Origin: Glaucostegus cemiculus
Taxonomy: Eukaryota
Length of the DNA stretch: 64,000 bases
Reading direction: 5' to 3'
NCBI GenBank assembly: GCA_976551045.1
Contig: CDPCPM010000012.1
Location: 6,758,001 to 6,822,000, forward strand
How positions within the stretch are numbered: the stretch's first letter is position 1; every line of letters starts with the position of its first letter. The position numbers and the translations under genes were made by a program. The notes beneath the pieces are model-generated. The model ran no database searches, had not been told where the DNA came from, and saw nothing but the letters and a program-made list of their open reading frames with translations. Positions 52,691 to 64,000 of this stretch are shown here, piece by piece.

Positions 52691-55460
52691 CACAAACCTG
52701 CTGTCACCTGTTAGGAGGAGAATATTTTTTCTCCTATCTTCCGACAGCTGAGTGCCAGCCACAAACCAGCCTGCACTACTGACATCTATACTAAAATGTT
52801 GTTAATTACTACCAAAATTGGCCAAGACCACCGCAGCCTCCACTTGTCATGCTGCAACCCTGGGGTATCACTGGTGAACGGAGTATTGTTATGACCACTG
52901 GCACAATCCCTAGATAATAGCTTGTATGCAGCACAGAAAGAATGAGGTGACTTGGGTCTGCCTGTATTCTCTCCTTCTCCTCAACTACCATCATATGGCT
53001 GGTGGCAAGGAATGTGCTCTCATTTGATAAGGTTCTGCAAGGTTCAGCAGACCACCAAAAAGCTTGACACCTGTCCTGGTGAGTATTATAAGACTATTCA
53101 GAGCAATCTCAGCAGTGGAAATATTGTTTCAGCACACCAAATGGTCTATTCTTCTCAGATAACGTGTGGCAGAATGACTTTCATTGTATGTAACAATGTT
53201 CTTTTTATTCTGTAAAATGATCAGATATTTTATCAAAGTGTTGGTTCCCAGTGGTCACCTTTTGCTTTAATGAGAAGTATCTGCCTCAAAATGAAGATAT
53301 TATGATTGTTTCCAGGGTAGCAGGAATTGGTCTGGGCGATCTTCTGCATGTGTTACATACCAGCTAAATGTTTGGTGTACGTAATCCAACCACGTTCCAG
53401 TAAAGGGCAGAGTCGATGTGTGGTACATGCAAATGATGTATGTGCAGTCAATGGGGCCCTGGTGCATGGAAGCATGCAGTCCTAGCAAAGCCACGTGCGT
53501 TCTCCACCTGCTCATCTTTGGTACATGAGAATAGAAGGCATTCATCTGTCCTTTCCCCATACAAAAAGGATGGCAAGGTAATAGATGTTGCAAAAGTCTC
53601 TGCTCCAGCCCGGAAGAAGCCAAACCATAAAAGTCATCCTGAAAGCTATTAGCTATCCTGCTCTAAATACACTGTTATGGTTGTAACAACAGCAGGTTCT
53701 TGGGAGGATATTCTATCTAAATGCAGATATCACAGCGTTTCTCACTAAAGTCCAGGTGGGAGAACTGCTCGCTGAACACCATGGACAGATATGGAGTCCT
53801 TCTAGGAATCATTTTTGTGCCTTCTGTTTCCCTCCCCCAGCAGCTCATCCTGCACTCACTCAGTCATGTAGAATTGTAAAAGGAATAGCTCTTAATGCAT
53901 CCATGACTGGGAATAAGTGGTTTGTGAAAAAGCCTCAATTTCAGAAATAAAGTCTTTTAGCAATGCTTACCATGAACTTTTGAAACTTGAAGTAAGTTTA
54001 GAAAGCACCAAACACATAAAGCTGTATCACGATGATCTCTTTAAAATGCTTGTTAAGGGGAAGAAGGGTGGGAGATAACATGTTGTGCCTTCTAGTGTCA
54101 AGTGTTCAGCCACACAATGCTAAAGAAAAGTGAAAGCCAAATCACTGAGCTGCAAAATGAAGAGCAGTGCTATCAAATCAGCTTTGCAAACTGATTGCTG
54201 CCTTTATCCACTTGGTCTCTCTACAGCTGGTGGATGTTCAGCAACATGGCTTGCAGTGCAATTCACCAACAATGGTGTGCTTGCTGCAGGTGACATTTTG
54301 GAGCTTTAAAGGCACTCATGGTGCTCATAAAATGACACCATTGAGTCCAATTTCTCACTGAAATACTTTCATGAGAGCAAGACAACAAGAACTTATCTAC
54401 ATGTATGGTAAAACCAATGTGTGTTGTCAGGAATCTGAGCACAGACAGGCCTGATGCCAGCAAATAGACTATGTTTTCATGATTTTCCCCAAGAGTTGTT
54501 GTTATAACTTCCTCATCCACTCTCAATTATGCATCCAAAGCTACAGACAGATTCATGGGAAACATCAGCAATGCCTTAGGAAGAGATGGTAGTTGTGTTT
54601 TTTTTTAAATCATTTTATCTTTGGATCTTTCATCAAACACCAGTCATAACTGGGGCCTTCTATTACATATTGTGTGGCCAAATAATACCTAACAACATTA
54701 ATAATGTTATGTCATGTGTAGGTTCAGTGTGGATTAGAATTTAAATTAAAATTGTGGAATTACATTGATTCAATGCATTGAAACAGTTAGCAACTTTGTT
54801 TAATGGATTCTTCATGATAGATTTCTTAAAATGACTTTATTCTGTTTTGAATTTGCAATACTGGTGTGGAAATATTTCATTAAAAGTACCCTGTTTGTTG
54901 ACCTAGCCACTAACAGAGTTTGTGCTCAGTGAGAAAGGTAAATGAAAGCTTCATCTACATAAACAAACAGCGCATTCTGCATTTATGTGATATTTTCTTT
55001 CTTTACTCTACATGTTCCAGATGAGCAGACACACCTCCAGCACTTGTGGCATGTAGAAACTGTAGAATGAACTATGGCTTGTGGCGGGGACATGAAGAAC
55101 AGGGACAGGGGCTGCAGCTTCTGTTTGCATTGCAAGGCAAACAGCCATTCTTTCATCTAAATAGTGGATCGTGCCTGAACATTTGCAGCACACTTACTAC
55201 AAATGACAGCATGATTATCTAGTGTTGTTATGTACTAGCAGTGTCGCATGTTTATACAATAAAGACACAGAAGAAAACATGCATTGTAATTGCTTTCTTG
55301 ATGTTATATAGAGCAAAGGAGTTGAATTATGAGTTTCCACATAAGTGCTTAGATACGTGAGAATTTCTGGCAAACACCCCAAAGTCAGATGCAATGTCTT
55401 GTTTACTTTTAGCTACAGAATTATTACGACTCTGTGAGGAACCGATCAAGAAATATTTCA

Positions 55461-55643
<183 letters not shown>

Positions 55644-55928
55644 TTAACTTAAATATATAAGGAATGAATTCACTAACTTAACTTACCTTATTTCAACATA
55701 AAGTGTAAAAAAATGCAAATTATAAGATTCAAAAGATAGAGAAAAGACCTTAATTTTTTATATTTTTGTTAGAGCAAAATGTAAGTACAGCAAGATGCAC
55801 AATACTTGGAAGTGCTTTAACATTTTGAGCCACATCATACTCTACCACATTGTTTATCAAGTTATAGATTAACTTTTGAAAAGCTTGTGTTAAGAGTTAG
55901 GAAGTATTTGAATGTGAAGCTGCTTTCA

Positions 55929-56069
<141 letters not shown>

Positions 56070-56139
56070 TTAAAATTATACTTTAATGATTATTATATAG
56101 TAGCAAATTATTGTTCAAAGGAATATTTATCAGATTTTC

Positions 56140-57090
56140 AGTGTTTTGATTAAGTAATAGAGACAGTCAATGAGGAAAATGCAGTTGATGTAGTATATAT
56201 GGATTCGCTAGAGGTGCACGATAAGGTGCCACATAATAAGCTTGTCACCATGATTCATGGCAATGAATGAAATGAGATGTAGTTGCATGGATAAAAAAAT
56301 TAGCAAAGAGACAGGAAACAGGGTAATAATAGTAGTAATGAAAGACTGGTTTTCGGACTGGACAGAGCTGAACACTGGAGTTCTTCCAGGTACTAGGACC
56401 ACTGCTTTTATTGATATATTAATGACATGGAGTTGAGTGCAGAATGCACAATATCCAAATGAGCAGATGACACAAAACTTGGAAGCTTTGTGATAGACTT
56501 CAAGGACATATAGACTAACTGAGGTCTTGGGGCTTCTGCACACACTTCATTGAAACTGACAGGCCAGGTTGAGGAGGTGGTTAAAAAAGCACATGGAATC
56601 CTAAGCGTTATAAATAGAAACACAGAGTGTATGAGTTACGAGTCATGATGAGCCCTTGTTACAAGTATTGGATCCGGTCCTCAATCCCACACCTTAGGAA
56701 AATGTAAAAAGTTCCAGAGAGAGTGCAGAAGAGAATTAACAAAATGATTCCAGAGATGTGGGACTTCATATGCGAACAGGGTGGAGAAGTTCTCCATGGA
56801 AGAGAGGAGGTTTGCAAGGTAGTATCGTAGAAGAATGAGGTCACGAATGAAAAGACATAGAATGAAAAAACTGGCCAAAGATCCAAAAGTGACACACGGA
56901 AAAATATTTTTAACAGAGTGGCTAGGGTCTAGAATGCAGTGGCTGAAGTAATAGTGGAGGCAGGTTTGATGGTAGTATTCAAAAGGGAGATGTATCTCAA
57001 GGATAAGCATCTCAAGGAAAGAATTTGCAGGACTTTGAGAGATGGAAGAATAGAGCCAGTATAGACTCAAGGGGCTGAATGGCCACTGGT
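56140..57090 (+). mobile_element. 5'-truncated CR1-clade LINE (RT region to 3' tail) in the intron between the 202-nt and 77-nt exons
   Basis: gatgtagtatatatggatt..gataaggtgccacat (DVVYMD..DKVPH), gcagatgacacaaaacttgga (ADDTKLG), and tail ggggctgaatggcc. Confidence 0.85.
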
Positions 57091-57154
57091 GATAATGAAA
57101 ATATATAATGAATATATTTTACACTTTGATAGTTGCAAGAACAAAAGAACTCAC

Positions 57155-57356
57155 CTGAGGAAATTGGCACATTGTACTTGTCTGGGTACCGCCTACGGAT
57201 GGGTCCCATGCTATGCATGCTTGTCGGGGTAATAACAGAGGGTCCCTGTGTGACAGGGGTAATAGGGGCTGTTGGCGTTGTAGGAGTGTGAGGTAAGCTC
57301 TGTGGAGAAGCCTCAGACGCAGTCTTTGACAACGTGACATTCGATACCAGGTTCAG
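57155..57356 (-). CDS. FOXP1: FOXP1 coding exon (202 nt, between leucine zipper and forkhead): [67 protein letters not shown]
   Basis: Near-identical to recalled human FOXP1 ([67 protein letters not shown]). Acceptor gtag at 57357-57360, donor G|GTGAGT at 57154. Phase 0 to 1. Confidence 0.97.
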
Positions 57357-60300
57357 CTACATAGATAGTTTGAGGGGAAGATTTGGGTAATGGTGGAAAA
57401 AAAACACAGGAGAAAGGGGAAAGCTTTAACAGACTTGACAAATAACAGTGTGATTCACACCTACCACTGTGCTGCCACTAATAAGCTACAGAGGAAGCAG
57501 ACAATCTCAGCTAATTAAAAGATGAAATTGTATTGAAAGGATTCTAATTAGGTGATGCTTATGGAGGTGATCTAATGATTAAACACTGCATCAAACTGAC
57601 CCCATCATCAACCTATAGTGACACAAGATGTCGGAAGAATTTTTAAATCGAAACAGTAATTTTCTGAGGGGGAGGCAGTGATATTAGCAATAATAGCTAT
57701 GAGGTAAACTAATTAAATGGAGCTCTGAAGCCAGAGTGGCTGAAAGCAGCTGTTCTGTTCTAGCTTGCAGCTGCAACTGTTCCAAATAAGCTCCAAATCT
57801 CAACAGAGGCACTCCAGTCAACTGAAAAATTTCCGACTGACCTCTGCTCTTCCCATTAATTTGGAGAAAAAAAACTAATGACACATATACATATTCCCAC
57901 AAAATTGTTCTAATTGCTAATTTAACAAAGAAGCAGAGTTTCCAAATTAAATAGGACTGCAATCGGTAGGAAAGAAAGCACCAATATAGGCATCATGGGG
58001 AATGGTGTTTCATTTGTGACAATCACTTGCGAATTGTGTTAACAAATTAATGGAATGTCAACTCTGTCAATTGCTTTAGAAGTGTCACTTTTCAATTTTT
58101 TTTTGATAACGGCATCAATTACTGCTGATGAGATTCAGCCTCAGTAGCAAAGGAGGCAGAAGGGTTCAGGTGAAAAGTGTATCACCCATGTTTAACACCT
58201 CACCCTTCCACGCATCCTTGTTCACAAGTTCTCCAATTACTAGAGTCCTGCTAATAGTCATTATCTGGAGGCCTTGCACTTGCTTACTTTAAAACACCAC
58301 ACAATTACAGAATTCCATCACAGATCAGGCCTATTAAACAACCTTTACAAACACAAGTGAAGAACTATGAAGGCAAACAGACATGGTTTAGTTTAGTAAT
58401 TTTCAAGCTATTTGGTTTTCTTTCCCATCTCTTGCTCACTGAACAGTAAATAGAATCTTAATCATAAACCTTGTCTGCTATCAAATATTAAGAGTAAGGA
58501 AGCATGATTTAATTATATAAACCCGAGATATGTGATCTACAAAAACAAACAAAAATAATCTTCATAACATGCCATAAAAAATCTAATGCATATTTAACTA
58601 ACAAAGGCCATTATGTTTTTACAATAGTTACATTCTCCAGCAAAGAATAAGTAATGCAATATGATATTGTGTTCACTGAATGGATATTAGGATATTTTAA
58701 AATGTGTGTCATGTAAAAAGCTGCTGGAACATGGGAATGCACCAAAACACTCCCTCACCCAACCAGAATCTCAGATACTCAATGTGCATGTAAAGTGAAT
58801 ATGTAAAAACATGATCCAATCTTTCAACAGTAGTTTCTGATTAAGTATCAATACTTTAAGACAGGTCACTATACACATCCAAAAGTTGTCTATCCTCTTG
58901 CTATTTTCAAGACTGTCAGAAGAAACACATATTTTCTAATTAACTTTTAGAAATTCACCCCTGGTTAGTATTGTTAATGGTACTATAGAGAAGCAAAAGT
59001 AGATTGTGCTCTGCCTCCAAAATTTAGTTCTAATGTATTTGGTGCAACATATTTGTCACTACAATGTGGCATCTTTAGTGCTACTAGACTGGGTTAAATT
59101 TCTAGCAAATTTATTTGAGCTTCTATTCACTTATCTACCCATTTATTTATTTATTTGAGTTTGGCATTAATTTTTTTATATTTTATTCTTCTCTTCCTAA
59201 TCTCTACTTCCAAGAGCTTTTTGCTTAAAACCAAAACTGGTCACTATCAAAATTAACAGAATCTAAGTAGCATGACTTCTATTTAAAACAGTGCATTTCA
59301 GGTATTGCCTTGACAGCACTTACTATTAAAAATATACATTTCATCAAGGCTCATATACACCGCATTGAACTTATTTCCATCAATGCAGCAAACTTATTTG
59401 GCAATGAATTAGCCTTGAAGACAAAATACTGCACATTGCTCCCTCCAGCAGAAACAGCTCCACAAGCCTAATTTTTATATTGATCACCATCTAGGTGCTG
59501 TTGAACAGGTTTAAAAGTGCCTTAAACTGTTCATAAATCCAAAACAAGTATTTTTTTTACCCATTGTTACAGATATTGTTTTTCTTATTAACTATGTGAA
59601 ATGAGAAATTTATAACAGCACCACATCTAATGGAAACACCTTACAAAGTGCAATGTTAATTTTGGTCTGTCTGTAAACTGCCAGATTGAATAAAGCAGTA
59701 ATTTGCAAACTGAAATCTCTTAACAACAAAAATTGGTATTCTCAGCTTGCTTTAAAGATAGCACTTAATGATGCATAATTCTACTAATAAACAGTACGCT
59801 CACATTCTGACATCTGTTACCCAGCACAATGATTAATTATCAGAGCCCTCTTCTCCTCGGTAATAAGACAATATTAATATTTATCAATTGCATGGGTTAT
59901 TCTGTTTGTCAATGGAAAATAATTACCAGGTTACCAAGCAAGCAAGCTCACATTCACTGGTTATGAAATGCAAGTTAACTATTGGTACTTCTCCCCCCAC
60001 AGCTGAAATTGGCTCATCAACCTCAAATTTTACAAAACAACAAATTACAAAACAATGAATGCTCCACTTATACTGGAGAGTGTTCTGGACCACGACTTAC
60101 AAAGACATTTCAGTCTTTCAATGTAAAATAGCTTTGAAGCCCAGGTGTACTTTCTGTATGACGTCTAGCATATTTGCTCAAATAAATGTTAGGTTGAAAG
60201 AAAATCTTGGGAAAGAATACAGGCTTAAACAATAAATCACTTTCATATATAGGTGAGATTTTCAAAATGTCTAAAACAATGGTACAAATAAACTCTGCTT

Positions 60301-63300
60301 TTGACAAGAGAAAGCCTAGGTTGAGTGGCTGTTGTTGCTCTACATTAAAAATTCCAGTCTTTGAGTACAATCTAAGCTGTGCAACATTTTACTATATATG
60401 CATTTGTTTCATTTCCAGTGGTGTATGACTTGCCCTCCATTATTTCTGCTGAAACTACTTTTTCAACACTCATGTCAGATGCCATTGAAAAGCTGTCATT
60501 CAAAGAGCTGCTCAATTCCTAAGCAGAGCTCACAGTTCTGAGTCTTGAAACTGTCTGTTACTCGAATTTGCTTGGCTTGGTTGGATGAGCTAACAACATC
60601 TCTCAGCCAAACCAGTAGAAAAAGCACCACAATGTAACAAAGATACTTTTTCAAGGAAAGGGGTTGGGGAAATTGAGAGAACATGACCCTCTCAAATCAT
60701 TCACACTATAACCCAATCATTTTAGCTGCTCAAGGAGAAGCACTGACAATCCATGTGAGGAAAACTACTGTCCAAAGTCAATTTTCTGGCTGGAGTTGAT
60801 GAAAGTTGGTTCAAGTGAAATGTAATAGAAAGTATATTTTCAAAATCTATAACCAAAATCATTTATGCAAAGTTCATTTTAAGAAAAAAAATTGTATCAA
60901 CCTGATAATTCCAAATGGTCTGCAAATTAAATATAATTACACATTGAGATGCAGTAAATGTAGATTTGCTTGTAAAGAAAATTAACTCAATAGTGAAATT
61001 ATCTTCATTTTTCTCATTAAAACTTCTGTACATGTTCTGAATTGGCATTTTGAAATATCACATGAGAGTTCCTGATCCTTCACCCTGGATCTCAGAGCCA
61101 TAATAAACTAGCTCTATTTCAACTGGACATTTCATTAAACTAGAATTGGTTCAGCAAAACATTAAAAGTGTAAAAATGATTATGATGGAACCACCTACTC
61201 TGACCATAGCTATCAGTGGTTTGGATTGCTGAGCAGCTACTCTGAATTCTGTATATTTCCCGAGGCAACTTTACTGGTCTTTTCCCAGATAAAATCATCT
61301 ATTTATAATTTTTGTTACTTTCTACTTAGAAACAGAACTTTGTACTATGCCCTCTCAAAAATGCCTTCTTAGAAAACTAGCTAATGTTGGCCAAACCACG
61401 ACTCCCCTACAATAAAAACAAAGTCCAAATAAATAGTAACATATAAAATGTTTCTGAATAGAAACTTATGATTAGGAAAAAGCAAACCATTGCAAATAAA
61501 CTGCAATGGTGTAAGAGCTTATAATGTAAAGTCAAGCAAAATCCAATATTATTAATGTTTAAGATGAAAATGAGTACATTAAATCTTTCACAGAAAACAT
61601 AATATACTTCCAAAAGTTATACAGAAACGTAATGCTCAATACTCTGGTACATTTTTGATTACACTTAAAATCCACACTAAACATGGGCATTGCTATTTAA
61701 AATCTAAAACAAAAGGTACATGATAAATTTTAGTGAAAATGATCTCTATCTGCCACTTGGATATTAATGTTTATGTTATATTCAAGTGTGAAGTATTGTT
61801 TTCTGGAGAAAACTATTCTTTTCATGTTCTTTAAAACAATTGAACATGCAAGTTTCTAATCCAGATTTATTGATTTACTGATCATTCCAGTCACCAAACT
61901 TACTGATTGGCCCTACATTCCCTCTACAACATCCCTCCACCAATCATTTCCCTGATGATCCTCTCTTGATCATCTGCCAGTCCCCAGTCATCAAATTTCC
62001 TATTCCAGGTCATCTCCCCCAACTGCTCAACATCTGCCCAACATCCACTATGATATTCTTTCTGACAGCTCCCACCTCAACCTTCCACACCTTCTCTCCA
62101 ACTCTCTTTTTCCAAACTGCCCACCCTCTCCAATGCCAGGAGGTTGTGGAGCAAAAGCCTATTCTGCCATGCACAGCACTTTGGACCTTGTGTACTGTTG
62201 AGTATCCAAGTCTCTCTTTCAGTTTTGCATCCCTTCAATGGTCATCTAAGAGTTGCCACAGTTAGATTTTGTCTGCAAGCCACAGTTTGGTCATGCTTGA
62301 TTTAAGCCATAATTTAGGATAAGGTGTCCATAATTCTAAGTTCAATAAGCATCTTGCACAAGTTTTCCTGTAATCTTTCCAAAAAAAAACCAAACCTAAT
62401 GATGGTAGCCAAAAACCCTTTCTAAATAGCATTTACGATTTTCTTATATCCACAAGTCATATGACTTCCTAAACCTAATGAGGGATTATATCATAACAAG
62501 AATATAAATTGTTGTTGTCTGGAATTTAGGAGAACAACTACTTTGAAGTTATTCTTTGCTAATCCTTCCTCATTGCTGGTCACGCAATTGAAGTCCTATA
62601 AGTTACTGGGACATGAACGGGTCTAAATAAGTCTTATTTGGAGTGAATGGACATGATTTGTGTAAACTTCTGTGATTTTTGATCCCTTGTTTGGATACCA
62701 TATTCATCAGGTGCTGAACAGTCAGAACATATGAAATAGTAAATGGTTAAATTTGAAATTTTGCTGAACATTGCATTAAATGAACTTTTCTCATATAACT
62801 AAATTTAACGTAAAATCTTATGAGACATTATCAGAGATTCTAAACTGTATTTCATTGTAACAATGCAAAGAATGTCAAGAATAAACTGATATAAAGTAGT
62901 AAATGGTTAAAAATGGTAAAGGGAAAATTGATTGAACTGCCCATTGTAGGAAAAAAACATTCAAGTCAAACTTAAAGAAAAGCTAAAAAGGTTCAGTTTT
63001 TACATACCCACATAAACAAAATAAAGGGAAAGGATTATTTACAAAGTTGAAAACAGAAATTTACAACTAACAATTAATTATTGGCAATGTGATAAAAGGC
63101 ATTAAATTTCTGCAGTTTTGCTGATACTTGCATTTAATAACCTTTTGTCATTTAACTGTAAAGTTAGCACAACAATATTTTATGAAACATTAAGGGACGA
63201 ACCTAACTCGTATAAGGTTATGGCATTGCATTTTCTGTCCATTCTCTGACATTCTTTGCAATGTTATAGGTTGATTCTATCATTTCTGCACAAAGCTCAC

Positions 63301-64000
63301 ATGACTTGGTATATATCACATTTGTAAATTACCCATTTGAATGCTTTATTTTAAAATAATTTTGTGTTTTTCCTTAGTGTTTAAACATATCACTTCAATG
63401 AACCATAAATTTTACAAAACAATTAAAGAAAATAAATATAAATATCTTGTACACTATTCTCAATTTTTTACTGATGCTTTGCTCTTACTATTTTTTCAAC
63501 ACTTGTAAGATTAATAATGAAATATTCCCTTGCAGGCATCATATTTACACACTGAATCAAATTTAATGGGTTACATCTTATACTGGAATATTTATACTAT
63601 TATTAAATCTATGATTGTTGACATAGATTATACAAAAATATTTTACTAATTATGACTATTACCAAGACACGGTATGCATCTTTTACTCTGTCCTCTATTA
63701 GACAACTACTATGTGCAGATGAGCCACTACCTTGTCATTATCCAGCATCAACACATATTGACTGAAGTTGCAAGTGGCAACTAAAGGCCCAGTCATGCTC
63801 AATTAATTCTCATATATTGATGTTGAATGATACTGCTGCTGGCTGGATACCTTCAGAGACTGCATAATACGTGTTTCAAGCAAGAAATAAGGTAATCTTT
63901 CCACTGTAATTGATTCGTTCATTTACAGAATTACAGGAGTGTAGCAGAATAATGATCATGATGTAATCTGCCACCTGTTAACATTAAGTGGAATGACCTT

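Noticed and set aside
57012-57154. ORF-track extension of the FOXP1 exon (GEFFCSCNY...)
   Set aside because: Read-through past a consensus CAG|GTGAGT donor into intron and LINE sequence.
57357-64000. Preceding FOXP1 leucine-zipper exon (LAKDKERLQAMM...)
   Set aside because: Not found by eye in this interval; it presumably lies beyond the window.

Overview
AT-rich, CpG-depleted vertebrate genomic DNA. The CR1/HER1-type LINEs, V-SINE, DeuSINE and Penelope relics point to a cartilaginous fish (shark or ray). The window holds the 3' part of a FOXP1 gene on the minus strand: seven canonical coding exons from 57356 down to the TGA at 22376, all with GT-AG sites and consistent phases, followed by a multi-kb 3'UTR. 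Upstream exons lie beyond position 64000. The main result is an intact 170-nt second forkhead exon at 48081-48250, which the ORF track does not show in its true frame. It matches the mutually exclusive exon 18b of the mammalian pluripotency isoform FOXP1-ES. It changes the recognition helix (NAVRHN to GAIRTN) and adds an AT-hook-like RGRPRK. It is flanked by a strand-biased YGCY (MBNL) cluster, a downstream UGCAUG and a ~153-nt AG-exclusion zone, and both double inclusion and double skipping create premature stops. Other observations include a candidate stop-containing exon in intron 19, a cryptic donor in exon 20, several hairpins, a local direct repeat and a young Rex1/Babar insertion. Exon numbers follow the human convention from memory; no database searches were run.
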